From Armatimonadia bacterium (GTDB lineage: Bacteria; Armatimonadota; Zipacnadia; Zipacnadales; UBA11051), in the NCBI GenBank assembly GCA_039683575.1, contig JBDKRC010000008.1, forward strand, positions 1-18,204: a DNA stretch of 18,204 nucleotides, read 5' to 3'. The notes under the pieces were generated by a model. That model worked only from the letters and a program-made list of their open reading frames with translations, was not told where the DNA came from and made no database searches. The position numbers and the translations under genes were made by a program. Of this stretch, positions 1 through 8,184 are shown piece after piece. Every line of letters begins with the position of its first letter. The first letter of the stretch is position 1.

Positions 1-16
1 GACGCTCACACATTCC

Positions 17-79
17 GGCACACGGGGTGTGCCTCCCACGCGGCTATAATGTGCCTCCCACGCGGACAAAACGTGCCTC
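17..79 (-). repeat. REP-like hairpin plus short 22-nt-period direct repeat
   Basis: The minus strand 39->17 reads GTGGGA-GGCACAC-CCC-GTGTGCC (GTGG tetramer, then a 7-bp palindrome). TGTGCCTCCCACGCGG occurs exactly at 28-43 and 50-65, with a partial third copy GTGCCTC at 73-79. Confidence 0.6.
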
Positions 80-121
80 TGACACGAGCAACACTTTGTC
101 ATGCACAGGCACAACACCCTC

Positions 122-147
122 TGTCATGCTGAGTGCAGCGAAGCATC
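122..147 (+). repeat. Short extragenic element of the TGTCATNCTGAGCGNAGCGAAGNATC type
   Basis: TGTCATGCTGAGTGCAGCGAAGCATC lies just beyond the stop codon of the 160-2988 gene. It resembles, from memory, a widespread small extragenic palindromic repeat. Only one copy is in the window. Confidence 0.45.
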
Positions 148-159
148 CAGTCTCCTCCG

Positions 160-2988
160 CTACTCCACCGGCACAAGTTGCAGCGCATCGAACCACGCGC
201 TGCCCGCGCTGATCAGTCGCAGCGAGGCGCTGAGGCGGGGCTTCGCCGGGTCGGAGGCCACGAACTCGACCGCGTACTCCTTCCACTCCGTCGTCAGCGC
301 GTGGGTGCCCTCTTCGCCCTTCACGGTGTCAATCGCGAACGAGAACTGTTGCCCCTCGCGCTCGCCCCGCGCCCAGATGGATAGCCGGTACTTCTGCTTG
401 GCCGTGAGGCGCACCGGGAAGGGCTGCACGCCGATGCCCTGGCCCTCGACCGGTGTGCGCAGGCGCAGCGACTGCCGCCCGTGTGCTGCCGTGCGCGGGT
501 CCACATACCACGAGGCCGACTTGTCCGCGCCGTAGCCTATGTAGCACCCGTCCGGCGTCCCCACGTTGTGCATCTCTTCCCAACTCGGGTTCACGATCAG
601 GCTCTTGGGGTTGAGTGTTGTCAGGTCGGCAGGCGCGGCCGCCACCTGCAGCCGGTATACCCGCGTGCCGAACGGCTCGATCGTGTCCGTCAGCACACCG
701 TCCGTGACCCTCACCTGCCGGTTCTCGAACACCACCTCGGCGTCACCGGACCACTTGTCCGCCAGCGTCAGCGTCATCTGCTGCGGTTCGTTCTTGGGAT
801 TGGCGCAAAGCACCGTTACCGCCCCGCGTTCATTGAAGGCAGCGACGTGGATGCTGGCCGGGAGCACCGTGGGCGCCGGGCGTTGCTCGCCCGCGAGGGC
901 CGGGGTGAGCTGTCCAAGCTCGAACATCAACCGCCGGCACTCGCTCCACAGGTCAGGGGAGTTCGGGTTGCTTGCCGGGGGGCGGCGGATGAAGTACTGG
1001 ATGCCGCGGCTGTTGTGGATCAGCGCCAAATACGTCATGCACCGCATTTCCTGCCGCGATGGCTCGCGCTTCCACCACTCGCCGCCCCCAAACGCCTGCG
1101 GCACCACCCACAGCGGCAGCGCGTCCGCCAGATCCCGGTTGATGCGGTCGCAAAAATCCGACACGTTCGTCACCGGCGAGTTCGGGATTGGGTATGGATC
1201 GGTCATGCAAATGTCCATCCCCCGCGCATAACGCGCCGCCGCCTCGGACTGGCAGAAAACCATCGTGACTGGGTGCCACGGATCGAGTTCCTTGATCTTG
1301 CGGTACGCGATCTCGCAGTCCTCCGCGCTCGCCGACCCCAGTTCCGGCTCATCGGCCAGATAGTACGCCAGCAGCGCCGGATGGTCGCGGAAGGCCTCGA
1401 TCTCCTCCTTCAGCCACGCCCACTTCTCCTCAGTATGGGGCGGGCGGGCCGCTCCGTGCAGGCATAGCTGCACATACAGCCCCACCTCGGCGCAGCGGTC
1501 GAACATCTTCCGCAGGCTCTCGCGGGTCTTGCGCCTTTCCTCAATACTGGTGGGCAGGTAGGGGGCAATGGTGTTGAACCCGAAGACCGGCTCGTCGCGG
1601 ATGACATCATCCACTGAGCGCAGGTCGGCATAGCAGGACTGCGGGCAAAACGGCAGCCCGCCGACCAGCAGCGTCTGGCTGCGGTTGTCTATCACCACAC
1701 CATTCGCCGTCGGTGTGGCGAGGGTGAGATCGCCGCGCGCCGAGCCGAGCTTCTGGCCTTTGCGGTACAGTTCGGCCGTGAGCGGCGTCTGGCCCACTGG
1801 CAGCCCCTCGGTCTTCAGCGGCAGGACTGTCAGGGCATCTGCCTTCACCGCACCCTCGGCGACCTTGCCGGACGGTCCGGTGATCTGCACCGTCAGGTCC
1901 TCTCCCGCCTCCTCCGCCACTTGCACGAGCACCGTCGCGGCGTCAGTCTGCGTATACGGCACCCGCCCCGGCCTGATCCCCACCAGCCGCGGCACCGTGA
2001 TCGTCAGCGGCGGCGACTGGTACAGCGGCTTCTCGCCGTCGAGCAGCGCCAACTGCACCGGATACGTCCCCGGCCCAGGCAGCGCGAGGCTGAGCTTCAC
2101 CGGCGTCGCCCTATCCGTCAGCGCCAACGCCCGCTCGTCCTTGACCTCAGGCTGCTTCACCAGCGACAGCCGCGCCGTCACCTGCTTCGGCCCCTCGCCC
2201 ACCCGTCGCAGGCTCAGCCCAAAGTCCAGCTTTTCGCCGAGCAGCCGGTCGGTGAACTCAAGCCGCGAGACTTCTACCCCGCCGATCACGTACGGCTGCG
2301 GCTCGTAGGCAAACTCCACCGACCACTTCTGCTCCTCACCCTTCGGCAACGGGGCGTCCCGCCCCAGCCACAGTTGCTTGCGGTGGGCGTAGTCAAAGAG
2401 CGTCAGGCCCGCGGTGGAGTTGAAGGTGAGTTTGCCGAAGAAGCTGGAGAATTCGCCGCTGGTGGCGTCGCCGAAGGGGTTGCTCGCACCGGCGAAGGTG
2501 AAGGGGATCTCGCCGGACTTCTCACCGGCCGGGGTCTTGACCCTGAACTGCGAGCCCACGAACCACGTCGGCGTTGGCATCGCCGCATTGACTTCGTAGT
2601 TCATCGGCTCATCCCAGCCGCGCCCCGTGAAGAAGTACTCGATGCGGAAGCGGTCGCCGGGGCCGGCGGTGATGATCTCTCGCCAGGGGAGCTTCTCGTC
2701 GGCGCACGTGACCGTCAGGACCTGCTGGTTGCCCTGCTTGGCCAGGGCCGTCTTCAGCGTGTCCTGCCGGTTGGCCTGATAGCTCCACGTCCAGCCGTTG
2801 GGATAGGCCACTACAGGGCTGCGCGTGCCCGCAAAAAGAGTGCGCCCGTCACAGGTCACGGAGAGCAGGCTCTCCGGGTCCCAGCGCAGGCGCAGGTGGT
2901 TCAGCGGCAGGTCGTACTCCATCTGCGCCGAGGCTGCCGCCGCCGTCAGAATGAGCGTAGCCAGTACGACCTGCCGTAGAATGTGCAT
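160..2988 (-). CDS. Secreted multidomain glycoside hydrolase-like protein (TIM-barrel domain, C-terminal CBM4/9-like beta-sandwich)
   Basis: 942-aa ORF with a Sec signal peptide (MHILRQVVLATLILTAAAASA-Q). TIM-barrel-type motifs: GFNTI, HPALLAYYLADEPE, DPYP, PLWVVPQAFG, RGIQYF. The C-terminus LIVNPSWEE...AAHGRQSLRL...YRLSIWARG...WFDALQL is typical of CBM_4_9-like domains. The start ATG directly abuts the upstream gene's TAA. Confidence 0.8.
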   Translation of the reverse strand: MHILRQVVLATLILTAAAASAQMEYDLPLNHLRLRWDPESLLSVTCDGRTLFAGTRSPVVAYPNGWTWSYQANRQDTLKTALAKQGNQQVLTVTCADEKLPWREIITAGPGDRFRIEYFFTGRGWDEPMNYEVNAAMPTPTWFVGSQFRVKTPAGEKSGEIPFTFAGASNPFGDATSGEFSSFFGKLTFNSTAGLTLFDYAHRKQLWLGRDAPLPKGEEQKWSVEFAYEPQPYVIGGVEVSRLEFTDRLLGEKLDFGLSLRRVGEGPKQVTARLSLVKQPEVKDERALALTDRATPVKLSLALPGPGTYPVQLALLDGEKPLYQSPPLTITVPRLVGIRPGRVPYTQTDAATVLVQVAEEAGEDLTVQITGPSGKVAEGAVKADALTVLPLKTEGLPVGQTPLTAELYRKGQKLGSARGDLTLATPTANGVVIDNRSQTLLVGGLPFCPQSCYADLRSVDDVIRDEPVFGFNTIAPYLPTSIEERRKTRESLRKMFDRCAEVGLYVQLCLHGAARPPHTEEKWAWLKEEIEAFRDHPALLAYYLADEPELGSASAEDCEIAYRKIKELDPWHPVTMVFCQSEAAARYARGMDICMTDPYPIPNSPVTNVSDFCDRINRDLADALPLWVVPQAFGGGEWWKREPSRQEMRCMTYLALIHNSRGIQYFIRRPPASNPNSPDLWSECRRLMFELGQLTPALAGEQRPAPTVLPASIHVAAFNERGAVTVLCANPKNEPQQMTLTLADKWSGDAEVVFENRQVRVTDGVLTDTIEPFGTRVYRLQVAAAPADLTTLNPKSLIVNPSWEEMHNVGTPDGCYIGYGADKSASWYVDPRTAAHGRQSLRLRTPVEGQGIGVQPFPVRLTAKQKYRLSIWARGEREGQQFSFAIDTVKGEEGTHALTTEWKEYAVEFVASDPAKPRLSASLRLISAGSAWFDALQLVPVE

Positions 2989-5900
2989 TTACTTTACCGT
3001 CCAGGTTCCCTCCGCGGAGGAACTGCTGAAGAGCTCCGTCGCCCGCACGCGCCACTTGCCCGGCTGGTCATTGAAAGCCACCGCAATCTGCGCCTGGCCA
3101 ACGCCCTTCTCGAGCATGACCACTTGCTGGCCCCACAGCGGCACCTGTCCCTGCGGGTCAATGACTTCGACCCACACCGGGTGCTTCTCGGTCGCCCGCG
3201 CGGGGATCGGGAGCTTGAGGTTGGCGGTGATCGTGTCGCCGGCCTTCGGCGCCGCGCTCGACAGCGTCACACTCAGGCCCTTGAGCTGGTACGGCAGCGC
3301 CGCATAGAAGCTGGCGCGGCCCCATCGGAGCTTGCTGTTGACCTCTTTCGTGGTGCCGAGGTACTTGTGGTTGCGCAGGTCGTAGACGTGCATGGCCTTC
3401 GGCAGCGCCATCTTCGCGGCCACTGGCTCACCGGCCAGCGTCCCGCTCTTGGGGCCGAACCACGCGCACTGCATCTGCCGCCACGAGCCAAACACGTACC
3501 CGTCGCCATTGCGCCAGATGCGGCTCTCAACGGCTGGCAGCGGCTCGCCGGCAGGGGACGCGATCTTGATCGGCGCGGCAGCCCCGGCAGCGCCGCAAAG
3601 CGCCGCCATTAGCTCCCGCACCTTCGCGGTCGCCGGATCGTCCGCCTTGGGCGTCTCGATCTGGAAGTTGAGCAGGATGGCCTGGCCCTTGCCGACCTTG
3701 TTGACGAGCCCGACGGGCACGCCCTCTACTGTGCCGAGCGGCTGGGCGGTGGTGGCCTTCACATCGAGGTCCACGCGCACCTGCGGCAACTCGACGTCCA
3801 GCTTCTGCCCGCCCAGCATCCCGCTGAGCTTCACAGCCGTCGTCTTCGCCTTGCCGCGCCCGGGGCGCTCGATGCCGAAGAGTTCGTCCATCGAGGCGGG
3901 GGAAACCGGCTTGCAGTGTCCGTCCAGCATTCCGGTGCGGACGTCCGCGATGACCGTACCGCCTGCTTCGACGAAGCGCCGGATCGTCTGCGCCTGCTCA
4001 GCCGACAGCGCCTGCGTCATGGGCAGGACCAGGGCCTTGAACTCGCTGTTCGTCAGCGCGCCCTCCTTGAGCATCTGGTCGGTCACATAGCGGAAGTCGA
4101 GGCCGCATTCGTAGATAAGCTGCGTCCATACCTCGTGCGTCGGCTGCGGCTGGATGAACTCGCGGCTGTTCTCGATCTGCCCCGACAGGGCCGATGGCAG
4201 GGAGTACAGAACCGCAATCCCGCTGTGCTGTACCGGCGTCTGCAGCAGCAGGTCGCCGAGGCCCTCGCGCACCGGCTTCATCTCATCGGTCACGTCCTGG
4301 ATAAACGGCCAGAAGTCGATCGTGGGGCGGATATACCCGCGCCAGCTTCCGAACCCGTCCCACATCCAGTACCACACGCTGTCCATGTTCTTCATGACCA
4401 TCCGCCACGCCGCGTCCGATATTGCATCGCCGGTCTTCGAATACCCCATCCAGTTCGAGCGCACCTGATCCCGGCTCGCCCGCGAGCGGACGATATCGTC
4501 GCCGATGCTCGGGTACGGGCCGTAGAAGGGGTTCGTGCCCAGGATGGCGTCATAGTCGTCCCCGAAGTTGCCTGTACCCTCAAAGCCCGTCTTGGCCAGC
4601 GGGTCGAGTTGCTTGTAAGCGTCCACGAACCGCCCGGAGAAGTGCATCAGGTTGTAGCGTGCAAACGCCTCGCGGTCATACCACCGCGCCGGCGCGGTCT
4701 TCAGCGCCTGCTTCTCCATGTTATCCTTCGGGTCGAGGAGGTTCACATCCTCAAACGAGGCATACTTCTCGCCCCACGAGGCGTTCAGTTTGTCGATCGT
4801 CCCATACTGTCCCTGCAGCCACTTGCGGTACGCCGCGATGCAGTCCGGGTGGACGCAGCAGCCCTTGGTGACGCCCTCGTCACCCAGCGAGTACACGAAC
4901 ACGCCCTGCTCCCGCTGGAACTTCTGGTTGTCCACGATCTTGTTCACATACTCACTCACCACCGGCTCGTGGTTCCAGCACATCGGCTTCATGTAGCCGT
5001 TCTCGTCCTTGTCGTCCAGAATCCGGGTGCTGTAGGGCACAATCGAGGCATCGCAGGCCGCGAGGACCGCCGCCTGCTTGCGCGGCTGGCCGCCCATCGT
5101 GCCGAGCAGGCAGACATTGTACCCCGCCGTCTGGAGTTGCCGCCACGCGTAGTAGCCCAGCGGGTCCAGCCCGGCGTCCCACATTACGAAGTTCATCTGC
5201 CCGTGGCGACGCTTGGGGACGGTGAAGGAGGTGTCCTTCATCTCGACCTCGCGCTTGTCGGCGATCAGCGAGGCTTCCACGCGCATGAGAATGGTCGAGA
5301 AGGGATCGGACTTGTAGGAGAAGGTGTAGTCGGCGGCATTGCCGACGGGGATATTCTGGGTCTTGAGCACGCGGTCATACGAGTCGCGGAAGCGGATCTG
5401 CAGCACGCTGCCCGCCGGCGGCGTCCCGCGCAGCACCGCGCGGCCGTTGATCGTCTCGCCGCGCTCGATGAAGCTACGGTCCATCTGCACGTTGTCCACG
5501 CCGAAGTCGCTTACCACGTTGATCGTGCCTGCCGCCGCGGTCTCAGTGCCCTTGGCGCTCTTCACGACCACGTCAGCATAGTAGGTCCCAGCCCGCAGCA
5601 CCGGCACGGCCACCGGCACCTGCACCGGCTGGCCTGCCGTCAGCGTCTGCTTGCTGGTCATGCCCACGACTTCCTTGCTGCCATCGGCCGCCCGCCGCAG
5701 GTTGGTTGTGACAGTGACCGGCAGCGGCTGGGCCGCCGTCGTAGTCAGCGTCAACTGCCCCGCAGTGGGATTCTCAACCCGCCCGACTTCGAGCGGCTTG
5801 TCATCGAAGACCGTCACGGCCACTGCCGGCTCTTTCGCCGCCGCCCACTGCGCCGCGCGGCCCAGTAGCAACTGCCAGTAGTCGTATTCGACCAGTCGGG

Positions 5901-6576
5901 GGAAGCTGAACTCCTGGCGTGGCCCGAGCGCGGGGCTGTCATACTTCAGCCATACGCCGCGGCCCTTGCCGAGCTTGTAGGTGTTGATGAAGTCCGAGAG
6001 CTTCTTCTCGAGCGTCGGGAGGCCGTTGGTCAGCGAGGCGGGGGCCTGTAGTTTCCGGCCGGGCGTCATGAACTCGCTGCCCGCGGTTCCCACACACAGG
6101 AGCCCGGCGCCCTTGGCTACCTGTTCGAGGATCTGGTACTGCATCTTGGCGGGGAGCTTGTCGAGGGGGAAGCCGCCAATGACGTAGAGGTCATAGGGCT
6201 TCTCCAGCAGCTTCTCAGCGCGCTCAGCGCCGGTCTTCAGGCCGTGGAAGTTCCACGCGCCACTGCCGCCGCCGCTGGCGTACAGGACTGCATCGCCCTT
6301 GATGTCGAAGCGCTGCCCGAGTTCCACTACCTCTCGCATGCGCATCCCCGGCTCGCTCCACTGGCCGCCATAGGAGCCCGCATAGATGAAAAACAGCGCC
6401 CGGATCGGTCCGCCAGTATAGCCTGTGCCCCAGTCAGTGTGCGGCGTCACAATCGCCGTCTGCAGCGAATGGTCTTCCTCCACCTCCTGCGCGTCCTCAG
6501 CAGCGGCGGCATAGGCGGTCGTGGCAACCATGGCCACCAGCACGGCGAGCAGCAGCGGGACATATACACTCTTCAT
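2989..6576 (-). CDS. Secreted GH42-like (beta-galactosidase-like) protein with trimerisation-type domain
   Basis: Long ORF. The best start is ATG at 6576 (MKSVYVPLLLAVLVAMVATTAYA, signal peptide), preceded by a GGGGAGG Shine-Dalgarno at about 6584-6590. GH42-like segment CCVHPDCIAAYRKWLQGQYGTIDKLNASWG. Trimerisation-like segment LDFRYV...FKALVLP...IRRFVEAGGTVIAD...NKVGKGQAILLNF. The C-terminal beta-sandwich ends NDQPGKWRVRATE. Confidence 0.8.
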   Translation of the reverse strand: MKSVYVPLLLAVLVAMVATTAYAAAAEDAQEVEEDHSLQTAIVTPHTDWGTGYTGGPIRALFFIYAGSYGGQWSEPGMRMREVVELGQRFDIKGDAVLYASGGGSGAWNFHGLKTGAERAEKLLEKPYDLYVIGGFPLDKLPAKMQYQILEQVAKGAGLLCVGTAGSEFMTPGRKLQAPASLTNGLPTLEKKLSDFINTYKLGKGRGVWLKYDSPALGPRQEFSFPRLVEYDYWQLLLGRAAQWAAAKEPAVAVTVFDDKPLEVGRVENPTAGQLTLTTTAAQPLPVTVTTNLRRAADGSKEVVGMTSKQTLTAGQPVQVPVAVPVLRAGTYYADVVVKSAKGTETAAAGTINVVSDFGVDNVQMDRSFIERGETINGRAVLRGTPPAGSVLQIRFRDSYDRVLKTQNIPVGNAADYTFSYKSDPFSTILMRVEASLIADKREVEMKDTSFTVPKRRHGQMNFVMWDAGLDPLGYYAWRQLQTAGYNVCLLGTMGGQPRKQAAVLAACDASIVPYSTRILDDKDENGYMKPMCWNHEPVVSEYVNKIVDNQKFQREQGVFVYSLGDEGVTKGCCVHPDCIAAYRKWLQGQYGTIDKLNASWGEKYASFEDVNLLDPKDNMEKQALKTAPARWYDREAFARYNLMHFSGRFVDAYKQLDPLAKTGFEGTGNFGDDYDAILGTNPFYGPYPSIGDDIVRSRASRDQVRSNWMGYSKTGDAISDAAWRMVMKNMDSVWYWMWDGFGSWRGYIRPTIDFWPFIQDVTDEMKPVREGLGDLLLQTPVQHSGIAVLYSLPSALSGQIENSREFIQPQPTHEVWTQLIYECGLDFRYVTDQMLKEGALTNSEFKALVLPMTQALSAEQAQTIRRFVEAGGTVIADVRTGMLDGHCKPVSPASMDELFGIERPGRGKAKTTAVKLSGMLGGQKLDVELPQVRVDLDVKATTAQPLGTVEGVPVGLVNKVGKGQAILLNFQIETPKADDPATAKVRELMAALCGAAGAAAPIKIASPAGEPLPAVESRIWRNGDGYVFGSWRQMQCAWFGPKSGTLAGEPVAAKMALPKAMHVYDLRNHKYLGTTKEVNSKLRWGRASFYAALPYQLKGLSVTLSSAAPKAGDTITANLKLPIPARATEKHPVWVEVIDPQGQVPLWGQQVVMLEKGVGQAQIAVAFNDQPGKWRVRATELFSSSSAEGTWTVK

Positions 6577-6640
6577 GGCAAAACCTCCCCGAATTCTGCA
6601 GATGTTGGGGCCCCTTCGCATTTGCACCTGCATTCTCCTC

Positions 6641-6668
6641 TTGGCAGCGGCGAGAATGATTGTACAAT
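6641..6668 (+). promoter_or_regulatory. Putative sigma70 promoter for the DUF362 gene, overlapping a 10-bp palindrome
   Basis: TTGGCA (6641-6646), 16 nt, TACAAT (6663-6668) in the divergent intergenic region. ATTGTACAAT (6659-6668) is a perfect palindrome. Confidence 0.4.
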
Positions 6669-6731
6669 ATGCATAGTGCCGCTATTGTTCAGAGGTGGGC
6701 GCAGTTCCTTCCGCCCACGGAAGTGGAGACC

Positions 6732-7703
6732 ATGGATCGTCGTGACTTCCTGAAAAGCCTCGCCCTCGCCGGCCTCGGTACAACCCTCCTCGCCGGCTGC
6801 CGTTCAGGCGGGTCCGGTGGCGGTTCGGCTGCCGCGCAAGCCGGCGGCAAAGTCGGCAACAACCGCCTGGTGCCGGCCCCCGTCAACGGCGTTCATATCG
6901 CCGTGGCCCGCAACAAGGCCCCCGCCGAACTCGTTGCCGCGGCCCTCGCGGCCTTTGGCGGCATGTCGGCCTTCGTAAAGCCGGGCGACCGCGTGGTCAT
7001 CAAGCCCAACATCGCCTGGAGCCGTACCCCCGAGCAGGCCGCCTGCACCAGCCCCGAAGTCCTCACCGCGGTCATCAAAGCCTGCCAGGAAGCGCAGGCG
7101 GCGGAAGTCCTCGTCGCCGACCACACCTGCGACACCAGTTCCATCACCTTCGACCTCTCCGGCCTCGCCGCCGCCTGCAAAGACGCCGACGTGCCGCTGG
7201 TGGACTGGGGCAATGAGCAGCAGTACCGCGAGGTTGAGCTGGCTCGCGGCCAGAACCTGAAGACCGACCGCGTGCCGCTGGACCTCCTGGACTGCGACGC
7301 CTACATCAACCTGCCCACCCTTAAGCACCACGCGGCTACCACGATCACGCTCGCGCTCAAGAACCAGATGGGCTGCGTTTGGGATCGCGGCCGGTATCAT
7401 TCCACCCAGGGCGCCGCCGGGGGCAACAACCTCCACCGCAACATCGCCGACCTCGCCACTGCTTTGCGCCCGACGTTGAACATTCTTGATGCCACTCGCG
7501 CCCTCAAGACTAACGGGCCCAAAGGTCCGGGCCTCGTTGAGGAGCTCAATACCGTCTGCATCAGCCCGGACATCGTCGCGCTGGATGCCTATGGTGCGAG
7601 GCTTCTAGGGCACGATCCGGCTTCCATTCCGCATATCAAAATGGCCGCCGCCGACCAGATCGGGGAAATGCAGCCCGACGCCTCCTTGATTAGGGTGGTA
7701 TGA
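6732..7703 (+). CDS. DUF362 domain protein with Tat/lipoprotein signal
   Basis: Start at ATG 6732 after GGAG. Twin-arginine motif MDRRDFLK and lipobox LLAG-C. DUF362-type motifs: FVKPGDRVVIKPN, TSPEV, YINLPTLKHH, TLALKNQMG, RPTLNILDA, GPKGPG, DIVALDAYG. Confidence 0.88.
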   Translation: MDRRDFLKSLALAGLGTTLLAGCRSGGSGGGSAAAQAGGKVGNNRLVPAPVNGVHIAVARNKAPAELVAAALAAFGGMSAFVKPGDRVVIKPNIAWSRTPEQAACTSPEVLTAVIKACQEAQAAEVLVADHTCDTSSITFDLSGLAAACKDADVPLVDWGNEQQYREVELARGQNLKTDRVPLDLLDCDAYINLPTLKHHAATTITLALKNQMGCVWDRGRYHSTQGAAGGNNLHRNIADLATALRPTLNILDATRALKTNGPKGPGLVEELNTVCISPDIVALDAYGARLLGHDPASIPHIKMAAADQIGEMQPDASLIRVV

Positions 7704-7776
7704 GCCTCGATACAATAAGGAAATACGTTGCGGCTGTCGAATACTTAGCCAACAGCACGCAGGAAAGTGGATCGCC

Positions 7777-8181
7777 ATGACCGCTTCCGACCACCTTGAC
7801 CCACGAGTAGTGGAGTTCGTGGAGACCGTGGCCCAGACCATCGTCGGTCTGGATGTAGCGCTGTTCTTCCAGAATAACCCCCGTACGTTCGATACCCCCG
7901 CCGGTCTCGCCCTGCGCACCCATCGCGGCGTCAAGGAAGTCGCCGAGGTCCTTGAGCGCATGGCTGCCCATGGCATACTCGAAGCCTTCACCCGCGCCGA
8001 AGGCCGCTACACCTGCTATGCGTTGCCCAGGGATCCCAAGATCTGGAACCTGTTGTGCCTGCTCAGCGAAGCGTACCTCGACGACCTCAACAGCCGTAAA
8101 GAGATCATCAGAATCATTATCCGCCGTCAGGCTCAGCATACCGAGGCTGAAGGCACTGATTCCGGGGGAGAGAAGGTCTAA
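7777..8181 (+). CDS. Small winged helix-turn-helix-like protein, partner of the KaiC-family ATPase
   Basis: 134-aa ORF. LFFQNNPRTFDTPAGLALRTHRGVKEVAEVLERMAAHGILE...RYTCYAL fits a three-helix plus wing pattern. It ends 3 nt before the ATPase start. Confidence 0.7.
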   Translation: MTASDHLDPRVVEFVETVAQTIVGLDVALFFQNNPRTFDTPAGLALRTHRGVKEVAEVLERMAAHGILEAFTRAEGRYTCYALPRDPKIWNLLCLLSEAYLDDLNSRKEIIRIIIRRQAQHTEAEGTDSGGEKV

Positions 8182-8184
8182 CCA

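Noticed and set aside
3916-5868. 650-aa plus-strand ORF (and similar long ORFs at 481-1467, 1921-2979, 8458-9708, 12274-13134, 14690-15508)
   Set aside because: Antisense shadows of well-supported genes in high-GC DNA. They are Arg/His/Val-rich with no recognisable motifs.
6577-6731. Longer N-termini given in the ORF track for the GH42-like (6633) and DUF362 (6660) genes
   Set aside because: Downstream ATGs at 6576 and 6732 have clear SD sequences and put the signal peptides at the N-terminus.
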